Positions 35,698 to 45,052 of a stretch of 64,000 nucleotides of DNA are shown here, piece by piece (the stretch's first letter is position 1; each line of letters starts with the position of its first letter). Below the pieces are notes generated by a model that saw nothing but the letters and a program-made list of their open reading frames with translations, ran no database searches and was not told the origin of the DNA. Both the position numbers and the translations under genes were made by a program. Where the stretch lies: positions 248,001 to 312,000 of IMG/VR virus record IMGVR_UViG_3300047319_001872; one strand, written 5' to 3'.

Positions 35698-37053
35698 TTA
35701 CAGACGCACTGCCGGTTGCTGATTCCAGCTTCCGCCGCCTTGGTTCCAGCTACCCGCTTGCTGACCCCACTGCTGCTGTTGCGGCTGCCCACCCCACTGA
35801 TTACCCCCACCCCAGCCGGGATTGCCCACCGGACCGACCGGATTGGAGAGCGAGGCGCGTTGCGGCGGCTGCGGTTGCCAGGCCTGACCCGGATTCCAGC
35901 CATGCGAGCTACCGTAACCCACCGCTTGTTGCAGTGCGGGCTTGGAGCGCACGAGCGCTTCGAAGTCCGTACCACCCGTCGCGGTGCGTACCGGCGCACT
36001 GCTGGAGGCCGGAACCGACGGTTGCGCAGCAGGCCAACCCGGTGTGGCGGGCGGAGGCGTAGCCGGGCGCTGCGCTGCCAGCGTAACGCCTGCTGCCCCC
36101 TGAGTCGAGGCACCGGCAGGCGCATTGAAAGCCGTCTGGGTCTGGGTGACCTGTTGTTGCTTCTCGGCTTCCGTCCCCGGTACCGTGCCTTCGTTACCCG
36201 CTTGCATCGGCGTGGAACGAATTTCCGGCAGCAGTTCGTCCAGATTTTCCAGCTGGTCGACCCAGTCCGCGTTCACCAGCAGATTCTCCGGCAAGATGCC
36301 TTCGAAGCGCGAGATCAGATCGTTCAGCGGTGCGGCAATGGCTTTCACCGTCAGCAACAACGCTTCGATGGACGGCGCAATCGTGCTGTTCGAGCCACGG
36401 TTGTACACCCCGGCGATGTCTTGCTCAGGCAGGATGTAGTCCAACAGACCGATCAGGGCTTCACGATCCTTCACGCGCAGCTTCACGCCGTGCAGCTCGT
36501 TTTCGCCCTTCTTCAGTTCGTTGTAGAACGGGAAGTGTGCCACACCCACGCGAGCGTAGCGTTTGTCGCCGACCGTGCCGCCCCGTTTGATGAAGATCGA
36601 CACGAACAGCTTCTGGTGCTGAGTCGCACTGAGGCTATCCATGATTTTCTTCAGCGCAGCGAGCGTCTTCTCGTCGGCGTTCTTCACCTTGGAGAGGAAT
36701 TCGCTTTGCTCGGGGCTGAGCTTGTGCTGCTCGGCCTGGCTGGTGCCCAGTTGCAGGAGCGTATGCACGATGGTGCCAAACACCACGTTCATGCGACCGT
36801 TGATCGCCATGCGAAAGCGCTCGAATACTTCCGATTCGCCGCGCATCACGTTTTCCTGCAACGGATGGAACAGCACCTTGGTGTCCGGGCTCGGATTAGC
36901 CTGGTGTTCGCGCGTGGGCAGAACCAGACGCTTACCCTTCATGGTGAGGGGCTTGCTATCCTTGCTCGTTTTGATCGAGACGCAACCGTCGGTGGTTACG
37001 GTCAACCCTGCCGCATCCAGCACGGCTTCGTAGAACTTCAACATTTTACTCAT
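35698..37053 (-). CDS. Conserved nucleus-block protein (phiKZ gp70 equivalent) with a Q/G/W/P-rich disordered tail
   Basis: 451 aa. KRLVLPT, FHPLQENVMRGESEV motifs. Lies between picA and the nvRNAP beta gene. Confidence 0.7.
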   Translation of the reverse strand: MSKMLKFYEAVLDAAGLTVTTDGCVSIKTSKDSKPLTMKGKRLVLPTREHQANPSPDTKVLFHPLQENVMRGESEVFERFRMAINGRMNVVFGTIVHTLLQLGTSQAEQHKLSPEQSEFLSKVKNADEKTLAALKKIMDSLSATQHQKLFVSIFIKRGGTVGDKRYARVGVAHFPFYNELKKGENELHGVKLRVKDREALIGLLDYILPEQDIAGVYNRGSNSTIAPSIEALLLTVKAIAAPLNDLISRFEGILPENLLVNADWVDQLENLDELLPEIRSTPMQAGNEGTVPGTEAEKQQQVTQTQTAFNAPAGASTQGAAGVTLAAQRPATPPPATPGWPAAQPSVPASSSAPVRTATGGTDFEALVRSKPALQQAVGYGSSHGWNPGQAWQPQPPQRASLSNPVGPVGNPGWGGGNQWGGQPQQQQWGQQAGSWNQGGGSWNQQPAVRL

Positions 37054-37091
37054 TCTTCTCTCCTACCCTAGTTACCTAGGGGGTTCCTTGT

Positions 37092-38621
37092 TTACAGTTG
37101 ACCGAATTGCACCCCGGACGTGCCGTGGTACGACGCACCCGGTGCGATGTCGTTGGAATTCAACACCGCATTAAAGAGGCTATTGAAGTCCGTCGCCAAA
37201 GCGAGCGCGCGCTGATCGTTGTTGGTCACGATCGGCACGAGCAGGGCATCACAGAAGCTCGGCAGCGCGAAGGTCTCGAAAGGTCCACCATTCATCGAGA
37301 TCTCCAGGATCGACTCACCCAGCAAATCGAGCTTCAGGTTGAACGCGTAATCCAGCGTGTTGCTGTACGACACATCGTTCAGCACTTCGTTGGCCACACG
37401 CCACTTGAACTTCTCGATAAACTGCGTCATGTCGATCGTGGTGCCTGCCATCGACGGGAAGTCGCGCATGCCGGAGATGACGATCTGCGGCTCACGGAAT
37501 TCATTGCGGTTCGTACAGTGCACGATGATGTTGGCGATCGCGGACTCGACCATGATAGCCGGGATCGAATGCGCGATGATCGTTGCCACCTGCGTGTACT
37601 GGTTCGAACCACCCCAACCCACTTCACTCGACGTGTTGTTGAAGAAGCCGCCGTGTTGTCCGCCCATCGGATTGATGGGGGACGCTTGCCCCTGATACGA
37701 GAGCAGTGCGATGTCGTCGTCCATCGCGTGCGGGTCCATACGCAGCAGATCGCTGATCGTGAAGGAGTTGCCGTTCTGGCTACCCCGGATCTTGTTGATC
37801 GCGTTCATGAACGGATCTTGCGCCACCGACTGCTCGACCGAATGGCCGCGCGCTTGCGAGAGAATCTGGTCGTGCGACTGACCAAATGCATCGAGCTTCA
37901 TCGCCGTCTGATAGTTTTCAAACAGCGCTGACGCGTAAGCCGTCGTATTGGCATTGCGCCGCCACGACTTTTGCGGCAGTCCCGTGACCAAGGTGCGCGT
38001 ATCGTTCATGTCCGCATTCGTCTCTTGGCCGAGATGGATACGTGTCATGGTCGAATACACATCCGCAGGGCGCATGCGGAATTCCTTGTTCGGCTGATGC
38101 ACGTTCTCCCAGGCATTGTCGACGATCACGTGCGCCGCATCAGCGACGTTGTAATAGTCGCGATTGCCGATCGCGGTGCGGGCCGTGACCCGACGCAGCG
38201 CCATGGTGGAATTCACGTAGAAGAACATGTGCGGGTCGATATTACCCTGCAAGGTCGGATCGAAAAACTCCGAGTAGCCGGTGATGACCTGCGTGATTTC
38301 GACGCCTGCCGGTCCGATGTGGTCCAGCAGCATCATGAAGCGCAGGCGCCGCTCCTGCCAACCGTGCGGAATCACCACTTCTTTTTCGTACGCGGCCGAG
38401 GGCAAGATGAACTGATTTGCCACCCCTGCCAACGATGCCGGAGTAGCCGGTTGCTTCGGGTCCAGCCGGTCCGCCACCAGCTGTTCCACGTTCGGCGTCA
38501 CGACCGTTTCGTACGGTCGACGGTACTGTTGGCCATGACCGCTGGTCTCGACCATGACAAGCTGACGCACGCGAAACTTGTCACCCATCCCGTTACCTAC
38601 GAAGTTGTTCAGCATGTTCAA
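37092..38621 (-). CDS. picA: Phage-nucleus protein import factor PicA (Imp1, phiKZ gp69 equivalent)
   Basis: 509 aa directly downstream of the gp68-like nvRNAP subunit, the syntenic position of picA. QYRRPYET, GWQERRLRFMM and FYVNS motifs. Confidence 0.75.
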   Translation of the reverse strand: MNMLNNFVGNGMGDKFRVRQLVMVETSGHGQQYRRPYETVVTPNVEQLVADRLDPKQPATPASLAGVANQFILPSAAYEKEVVIPHGWQERRLRFMMLLDHIGPAGVEITQVITGYSEFFDPTLQGNIDPHMFFYVNSTMALRRVTARTAIGNRDYYNVADAAHVIVDNAWENVHQPNKEFRMRPADVYSTMTRIHLGQETNADMNDTRTLVTGLPQKSWRRNANTTAYASALFENYQTAMKLDAFGQSHDQILSQARGHSVEQSVAQDPFMNAINKIRGSQNGNSFTISDLLRMDPHAMDDDIALLSYQGQASPINPMGGQHGGFFNNTSSEVGWGGSNQYTQVATIIAHSIPAIMVESAIANIIVHCTNRNEFREPQIVISGMRDFPSMAGTTIDMTQFIEKFKWRVANEVLNDVSYSNTLDYAFNLKLDLLGESILEISMNGGPFETFALPSFCDALLVPIVTNNDQRALALATDFNSLFNAVLNSNDIAPGASYHGTSGVQFGQL

Positions 38622-40186
38622 ACGCTCCTGTTTGCTTGGTTCATTGCGATTTCGATCGACAGTTTTGCCATTTTGATTTTTATATCGTAAGGCACCGCGT
38701 ACCGCCGATCATTGGTGTTTTGGACGACCTTCGCGAGCCATCCCGCGGGCACCGTTAAGCGCCACTCATGTTCGCGAAGTTGCTTGGTCACGTGGTCGAT
38801 GCCCAGTACCGCGACATTCTTTTCCTTTTGTGACTTCTGCTTGCCGGACTGCCGTCGTGCGTGCGGATAGAGCTTATTGAGCTCTTCCACCATGTTCGCC
38901 GGAATCCGGGCTTGGGGGATCACACCGGTCAGCTGCAATTCCTGTGCGTTCGACTGGGCCACTGCTGTCATCAACCCAGCCAGCTCGAAGTGTCCCCGTT
39001 GCCAGAGTACTGCCTGCGCTACTCCCATAGCCTCCAGCACGGATTTCTTCGAGAGATACGGAAAAGCACGGGGACTCACGGCGTCTTCCAGCGTCCACTG
39101 GATCAGCGCCAACTGCGGGTCCCAGATGTGTTCGTTGGTCAGTTGTTTGACCGCATCCAACGATTCCAACAAAATCCCGAGGTTCTCCTTAAGCTCCGGG
39201 CACACACGCAACGCCAGTTTGGTGGTGTCGCTGATGTAGTGCTCGACGATCGCGATGTCGCCTGCGGGAATTTCCTGCTTGACCTTGTAGCCTTCCAACT
39301 TCGAGAGATTGTTTTCGCTATCCCCCGACTGGCTTTCCGGAATCTTCGGCTTGACCATCCCCATGAAACTGTGGTCATGGCCCTTGACCTTTTGGCCCAC
39401 GTAGCGGTAGATAAACGCCACCAGGTTAAAGTCCGGGTCCGTCCCGCTGATGTCGCCAATCGTCAGACGACGAATCACCACCAGCGCCAGCACCCAGGTG
39501 GAAAAGTCTTCCGTGGAAATCCCGTCGAGAATCGCCGAATCGAATTCCTTCGTTTGCGGCAAGCTCAATTCCACGTACTTCTGCAAACGCTCCATCGGCG
39601 GGCACTGACCTTCAGCGAGGATGTACGACTGCGAGAGCAACTGGAACGCCTTGTACTCCTTCCAGTTGGTCCCGTGTTCCTTCTCGGTGCGAAACACATA
39701 CTCGCCCCACACCAACAGCATCGGCCGCAGTACGACGCTCAATACCACGAGCTGTTTATAGTCTTCGCGCAGATAGGTACGATCTCGCGTACCGATGGCG
39801 CTGTGACTGTCGCCGTATTCCTCATTGAGGTTGTGCGGCATGGCAATGTCGCTGTGGAAATCAATCCACGAGCGAACATCGTCGAGCTTGTGCAGTGCGC
39901 ACAACTCTGCGATCTGGGGCAAGAGCGCACGGGCCAGATCCTCGGTTTCCCAGATCTCGTCGAAGGTGATGTGAATGCGCTTGTACACCTCGAAGATCTT
40001 ATCCTGGGCTTCCGCTGGCTGCTTCTCCCAGAACCCATTGATCTGGTGGAAGATGTCCACATCAGGCTTGATCGACGCCTTATCAATCAGCTTGATATTC
40101 CACTTCAGTTCCTGATCACGGTGACGTAGGAGCGCAACCGTCTGGTCTCCCAGATGGCCTTCCCGTTCGGTGACTACACGCATCAT
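38618..40186 (-). CDS. Non-virion RNAP fifth subunit (phiKZ gp68 equivalent)
   Basis: Start at ATG 40186 (RBS AGGAG), about 520 aa. TYLREDY..L..LS..LRPM..VWGEY motif. Synteny chmC-gp68-picA. Confidence 0.75.
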   Translation of the reverse strand: MMRVVTEREGHLGDQTVALLRHRDQELKWNIKLIDKASIKPDVDIFHQINGFWEKQPAEAQDKIFEVYKRIHITFDEIWETEDLARALLPQIAELCALHKLDDVRSWIDFHSDIAMPHNLNEEYGDSHSAIGTRDRTYLREDYKQLVVLSVVLRPMLLVWGEYVFRTEKEHGTNWKEYKAFQLLSQSYILAEGQCPPMERLQKYVELSLPQTKEFDSAILDGISTEDFSTWVLALVVIRRLTIGDISGTDPDFNLVAFIYRYVGQKVKGHDHSFMGMVKPKIPESQSGDSENNLSKLEGYKVKQEIPAGDIAIVEHYISDTTKLALRVCPELKENLGILLESLDAVKQLTNEHIWDPQLALIQWTLEDAVSPRAFPYLSKKSVLEAMGVAQAVLWQRGHFELAGLMTAVAQSNAQELQLTGVIPQARIPANMVEELNKLYPHARRQSGKQKSQKEKNVAVLGIDHVTKQLREHEWRLTVPAGWLAKVVQNTNDRRYAVPYDIKIKMAKLSIEIAMNQANRSV

Positions 40187-40238
40187 TTTCTCCTGCGTAA
40201 TAAACGTTGTAACGACTCTTTGGATACTGCTCAGTGTA

Positions 40239-40267
40239 GTAATATAGGTTTTCAACGAGTTTGAATC
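40239..40267 (-). promoter_or_regulatory. Early promoter, bipartite
   Basis: GATTCAAA-N12-CTATATTAC on the minus strand. Confidence 0.75.
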
Positions 40268-40322
40268 CTCGAGGGATTCTCGGGTATTCTGTCGTTTTAG
40301 GAAAAGGCTGGATCACCCCCAT

Positions 40323-40352
40323 CAGACCACGCCTACCCAAGCGTGGTCTGAG
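40323..40352. terminator. Hairpin after chmC
   Basis: TCAGACCACGC-N8-GCGTGGTCTGA. Confidence 0.55.
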
Positions 40353-40388
40353 GGAGTGTATCCATTAAGCTATGCTACTGCCTGGCGC

Positions 40389-41156
40389 TTAGAAGGGCAG
40401 GTCGTCCCCGGCGCCATCGCTGCCACCAGCGAAGCCCGAATCGTTACCGCCGCCACCGCCACCGCCGCGGTTATATCCGCCGCCACCGCCTTGACCGCCA
40501 CCGCGGTTGTAACCACCACCGCCGCCACCGCCACGATTGAAGCCACCGCCACCCTGACCGCCTTCCTTCGGAATCGGTTCTTCCCAGTGCGAGACTTGCA
40601 TGTGCGCGAGCATCTCGGTGAGAATGTTCCAGTACGCTTCAGCGGCGACCTTCGACGCTTCGGCCGCCGAGTAGTACTCGCCCGTGCCGTGCTTGAGCAA
40701 ATGGAAGTCCGAAAGCTGGAAGTTGAACTTGATGCGCGGCCGATCCTTGGCCATCACACCCATCCACAACACGCCTTCCTTGTCCTTGCCGACGAACAGT
40801 TCGGACTGCACCACCGGCTTTTCGCTGCGCTTGCCGCCGGGGAAGATGAAGTTCTTGTTCTCGATCGAGTTCTTGAACTCGTCCTTGCCGCCCGTGCCGG
40901 GAATGAAGTCGATCGCTTGACGCAGCAGGTTCAGGAAGCCGTAGAATGCGGGCGTGTCCATGTTCGCGCTGATCTTGCCGTAGTTCGTATCGCGGTCGCT
41001 GTCCACGTTCGTGTAAACGGTGATACGCGGGTTGTTCGCGAAAAGCCCCCACTGGAGCGACGCGAATTTGCCTTCCTGGTTCTTCGCCGACATCTGCAGC
41101 TTCTTGTTGTCGAGCGGAGTCTTCTTGCGCGGTGCTGCTTTGAAATCGCCTGCCAT
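40389..41156 (-). CDS. chmC: Nucleus-associated RNA-binding protein ChmC
   Basis: 255 aa: folded N-terminal domain plus an RGG/Gly-rich tail. Immediately upstream of the gp68-like gene, the syntenic position of chmC. Confidence 0.7.
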   Translation of the reverse strand: MAGDFKAAPRKKTPLDNKKLQMSAKNQEGKFASLQWGLFANNPRITVYTNVDSDRDTNYGKISANMDTPAFYGFLNLLRQAIDFIPGTGGKDEFKNSIENKNFIFPGGKRSEKPVVQSELFVGKDKEGVLWMGVMAKDRPRIKFNFQLSDFHLLKHGTGEYYSAAEASKVAAEAYWNILTEMLAHMQVSHWEEPIPKEGGQGGGGFNRGGGGGGGYNRGGGQGGGGGYNRGGGGGGGNDSGFAGGSDGAGDDLPF

Positions 41157-41211
41157 GATGCGTTTTCCTATTGGTTTTATGGTACTCAGACCATAGGTCG
41201 GGTGAATAAAT

Positions 41212-42066
41212 TTACACTAGGATTTCCAGGAGCAGCTTGCGCGTCTCCAAATCCTCCAACTGACCGATGTTCTGGCGGATCTTCTCATCCGTCGTCACTG
41301 CCGACCAGTTGTATTTCGTTGCCAGCTCGATCACCTGTCGCCGGATGCGAATCGGCATCTGGAAAAAGGTGCGCGAATCCCCAAAGACCTGGATGAAATC
41401 TTCCCGAAACGGGATCATCGAGAGTTCACGACCGTTCTGATACTTGGTGTACCATTGCGCTCGCTTCTTGACGTTGCCCGTGTTGGACTCCAGGAGGTCT
41501 AACGAGGAAAAGGCTTTCCACGACAACAGATCGTACGCAAAGTGCGTAAAGATCAGCGTCTTGGCTTGCTGCTGCGGGAAGAGTTTGAGCTTGAACACCC
41601 GAATATCTTCACCGCCTTGTTGCTCCAGGGACTTTAAAAGCAGCTCGAGCGTCTGGTTTTTGATTTCCATATACTCTTGCTGCTTATCCGTGTTAGCTCC
41701 GCGTAGTTTGGCATGCGGATACTTCTCCTTCATGCCCGCGTAGTTGCTCACGTAAAACACGACCTTGCAATGATTGTGCGTAAACTCCTGCACGATCCGC
41801 TTGATCTGATCCATCTCATCACGAATGCCTTCGTCCAGTTGACGCGGCACGACCCCGCCTTGCACCTCCTTCGGTAAGGCACCCATGAAGTTGCGAAACA
41901 GTGTTCGCAGGTTAATCCACAGCTCGCCGTAATCCAACAGCGGGGCTTTCTTGACCTTTGGGTCATGATCCGGGTGCACACCACATGCGCCCTCCAGCGC
42001 AAGCGACGTCGCAACCGAAAGAGGATATTGACCGACTTCCCGTTCTGCAATCGCTTGCTCAAACAT
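41212..42066 (-). CDS. Conserved chimallivirus protein
   Basis: 284 aa with REVGQYPLSVATSLALE, WINLRTLFRN and LDLLESNTG motifs. Confidence 0.7.
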   Translation of the reverse strand: MFEQAIAEREVGQYPLSVATSLALEGACGVHPDHDPKVKKAPLLDYGELWINLRTLFRNFMGALPKEVQGGVVPRQLDEGIRDEMDQIKRIVQEFTHNHCKVVFYVSNYAGMKEKYPHAKLRGANTDKQQEYMEIKNQTLELLLKSLEQQGGEDIRVFKLKLFPQQQAKTLIFTHFAYDLLSWKAFSSLDLLESNTGNVKKRAQWYTKYQNGRELSMIPFREDFIQVFGDSRTFFQMPIRIRRQVIELATKYNWSAVTTDEKIRQNIGQLEDLETRKLLLEILV

Positions 42067-42084
42067 GACACATTCTCCTTGTTT

Positions 42085-43212
42085 TTACAGTACTTCGGGC
42101 ATGATTGCTTGAGCCATCGCCAGTACATCGGAGGTGGCACCCGCGTTAATCAGGCGGTCCGTGAGTAACGACGTCACGTTGTCCTTGGTGATCGTAATCG
42201 GGACATACGTAATCTCATCATCCAAAGCCGCTTCCGCAGTTTCCACTTCCCCATCATCTACAGGCTGTTTGTCCCAGGTAAACCACGGCCACTTGCGAAT
42301 CAGTGCATCCATGCTCGAGAAGATGGGATTATCCCACGAGCCTCGAACCCGCACGAATGACTCTTCCGGCAAGCCCTCTACTTGCTTGGCGATTTCCGCC
42401 AGCGTATCTTCCAGCGTCATCGCCTCGCACTTTACCGTCACGAAGCGCATCGCGTCGACATTCTCCACAAACACCACATCGTGGTCCTCGCCGCGCCGAT
42501 AGGCACGCACGTGTCCCTTCGGACCCTCTTCGCCATGCGTGAGGCGATCAAAGGAGCCTTGCGCGATAATGCGTTCATAGCGCGAGTGGATGTGCACGTG
42601 ACCGATAAAGATCAGATGCTTGACGATCTTCAAGTACTCTTCGCTCGAGTGCTTCTGAGCTTTCACGATCGGGGGGAGTTGATACTCGAACTGACCGTGC
42701 ATGAAGGCGTAATCGACTTGGGTGAGCCCTTTGGCTCGTAACAGGTCATGAACTTGGCTAAGGGTGGTTTCGGTGGAATTGGTCCACTCATCGGGTACGA
42801 AGAGCAACCACTGATCGTGGCGCTCTTCGTACTCGATGGATAGACTTCTCACGTATTTGAGATCGGCGCCAATGCCTGTTACTTCGTTCAGTGACTCGAA
42901 AATGCGTGACTGTTTCCAGTCATGGCTCGGTGTGCCCTCTAGGACGTACATGCGAATACCGTGCTTCTTGCACAGTCGCAGCATATACGCCACCCACACC
43001 TTGATTTCGGTCACTTCATCATCGGGAAGTTCGAGCAACGTATCAAACACGTCGCCAGCCAACACGATGATGTCCAGCTCGGCGGTCTCGGCGTTATCCG
43101 GAAAAGCAGTGCGGAGGTTCTTAATGATACGCTCCGCGGGATTTCGCGCGTGACCAAGGTGAATATCGCTTACCACTGCGATCTTCAGGTTAGAGGGGTT
43201 CCCATTCATCAT
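42085..43212 (-). CDS. sbcD: SbcD/Mre11-like metallophosphoesterase nuclease
   Basis: SDIHLG, LAGDVFD, GTPSHD, HGQF and GHVH motifs. Confidence 0.85.
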   Translation of the reverse strand: MMNGNPSNLKIAVVSDIHLGHARNPAERIIKNLRTAFPDNAETAELDIIVLAGDVFDTLLELPDDEVTEIKVWVAYMLRLCKKHGIRMYVLEGTPSHDWKQSRIFESLNEVTGIGADLKYVRSLSIEYEERHDQWLLFVPDEWTNSTETTLSQVHDLLRAKGLTQVDYAFMHGQFEYQLPPIVKAQKHSSEEYLKIVKHLIFIGHVHIHSRYERIIAQGSFDRLTHGEEGPKGHVRAYRRGEDHDVVFVENVDAMRFVTVKCEAMTLEDTLAEIAKQVEGLPEESFVRVRGSWDNPIFSSMDALIRKWPWFTWDKQPVDDGEVETAEAALDDEITYVPITITKDNVTSLLTDRLINAGATSDVLAMAQAIMPEVL

Positions 43213-43852
43213 TTTGCGTCGTCGGTTGGTCGGCGGAATTGCTCACACTATCTTTCTGTGCGGTAACTTCTTCCGTCTCCAACACACCCGGCAAACCATA
43301 ACGCTTAAAGATCGCATCCCAGCGTTCGAGATTGGTTCTAACCGAGGGCGGTAAATCCGCCATGAAGAGCGCGCGTTGCTTCAGGTGGGCGCTCAGATAA
43401 TTGCGACCATCCTGCGGGGAGACCCGTGAACGCAGCTCGGCGTTACGGATGATATTCAGGATGTTGCCACCGGGCATGCGCGTGCGGTCTTTACCCTGGA
43501 TCGCTTTGATACCGCTGCGATCAAACAAAGGCGGCACCGAAAAGAGCACTTCGCCCTTGGCGTTAATGATGTCGACCTCGCGGTATTCGTTACCCGCGTA
43601 GTTCGCCCACATGTCCAGATTTACTTGCGGGTAGAACTCATTTTGGCCTTTATGGAAGACAGCCAGCCAGAGACCGACGAAAATGCGCTCCGGCATGCGT
43701 GCACGAGTTGCAGTTTCTTGTTCATCCAGCGATTGACGAATGGCATTGATTTCCTCCGTTGAGCGACCAGTACCCGTCATGTCGATGTTACGCGTCATCC
43801 ACTCCAGACGACGTTTGGCAGGGTTCTGATCGGGTTGCGTGGGTTGGGTCAT
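43190..43852 (-). CDS. Conserved chimallivirus hypothetical protein
   Basis: 220 aa with ERIFVG.WL..F and EVLFSVPPL motifs. Confidence 0.7.
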   Translation of the reverse strand: MTQPTQPDQNPAKRRLEWMTRNIDMTGTGRSTEEINAIRQSLDEQETATRARMPERIFVGLWLAVFHKGQNEFYPQVNLDMWANYAGNEYREVDIINAKGEVLFSVPPLFDRSGIKAIQGKDRTRMPGGNILNIIRNAELRSRVSPQDGRNYLSAHLKQRALFMADLPPSVRTNLERWDAIFKRYGLPGVLETEEVTAQKDSVSNSADQPTTQNDEWEPL

Positions 43853-44289
43853 GATGGGATGCCTCCTGAGTCAGTGGGTAGCACACCATAATTGATCAAA
43901 CCCATGACGCGTTTAAAGCTCGAGTCGTTCACCTGCACGAGCGAACCCAGCGAGTACTCCTGACCGTTATCGCGAATGGTCGCCTGCACCGTCAAGGTGA
44001 TGGCATTCGTCGGATTCACGCTCGGGTCATTATTGGCGTTGACTTCGACGACGGTCGCATCGAAGTAACCGGCGAAATACGGCTCCAGTATCTGGCGCAG
44101 TTGCAAGCACAGCTGGGGAATGTTGTTACCATACTGCTGAAGGATATTCTGCAAGTTGGCAACATGACCTGGATAGAGATACGTCTGAATCTTGTCAGAT
44201 TCGAAAAAGTGCGACAACATCAGGTCGACCTTCTCGGGCACGGACTTGACCCAGCCCTTCATGCTAATACTCGGAACGGCAGCACCCAT
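43849..44289 (-). CDS. Conserved chimallivirus hypothetical protein
   Basis: 146 aa with PSISMKGWV...KVDLMLSHFF motifs. ATGA overlap with the next gene. Confidence 0.7.
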   Translation of the reverse strand: MGAAVPSISMKGWVKSVPEKVDLMLSHFFESDKIQTYLYPGHVANLQNILQQYGNNIPQLCLQLRQILEPYFAGYFDATVVEVNANNDPSVNPTNAITLTVQATIRDNGQEYSLGSLVQVNDSSFKRVMGLINYGVLPTDSGGIPS

Positions 44290-44400
44290 GGCAGATTCTG
44301 AAAGTTGGTAATGGACATAGAATCCACCCGCTGAAAGAAAAAAAGAGCCTGAGGGATAAAAACCCCCTCGACCACCGTCAGGCAGTCGAGAGGAAAAGCA

Positions 44401-45039
44401 CTACAGCTTGCTGGCGTACGGCGATGTCGGATCTTCCCCGCCATCTGCGATCAAAGCGTTCATGGCATCCCAGCACTTGAAAATATCGTGCTGTTCGAGC
44501 AGATGCAAGTAACGATCGCCTTCGACCGGTTCGTCGAAGAAGAATTCCACATGGAAGCCCCCCTCTTCGTGACCGTCCTTATCTTTTACCACAGGCGTCT
44601 GGACGAAGCCATGCGCGGCCATCTGGTAATCATAGTGCTGCCATCCGATCTTGCCCGGATGCATGTCCACGTAGGTTTCCGAATAGCCGTCAATCCGTTG
44701 GTCGTTATACATCTCCCGCACGACCGGATTAGCCACCAAGAAACGCTGCATCGAAAGCGGTGCCTGCTGAAAGGCACCCATCTCCCAGATGCTACGAATC
44801 TCGTCGCGCTGCCACATGTGAGACACCATGCGCACGGCGGCCTTTGCACGTCGGAAGGCTTCGCTATTGCCAAAGCGCTCCCACGCACTGCGGGCCGTCT
44901 CCATGAAACCCTGACCAAACCCCGCCATCGAGCTCGACATGTTGTCGAACTGATTTTGCAGATAGCTCATGGTTCCCGGATGGGGCTCATGATAAATCAC
45001 AGCGTCAAAGACGTCTGCACCTCCTGTAATTACTCGCAC
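44401..45039 (-). CDS. Conserved chimallivirus protein (phiKZ gp59-like position)
   Basis: 212 aa with MQRFLVANP...RIDGYSETY...DPTS motifs. RBS GAGG. Confidence 0.7.
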   Translation of the reverse strand: MRVITGGADVFDAVIYHEPHPGTMSYLQNQFDNMSSSMAGFGQGFMETARSAWERFGNSEAFRRAKAAVRMVSHMWQRDEIRSIWEMGAFQQAPLSMQRFLVANPVVREMYNDQRIDGYSETYVDMHPGKIGWQHYDYQMAAHGFVQTPVVKDKDGHEEGGFHVEFFFDEPVEGDRYLHLLEQHDIFKCWDAMNALIADGGEDPTSPYASKL

Positions 45040-45052
45040 GATGTCCTCCTCG

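Noticed and set aside
40187-40255. Longer ORF-track start (40255) for the gp68-like gene, and similar upstream starts for other genes (6948, 8992, 20115, 28215, 35189)
   Set aside because: The extensions overlap promoters or neighbouring genes and lack an RBS. The downstream ATGs have clear Shine-Dalgarno sequences or stop-start coupling.
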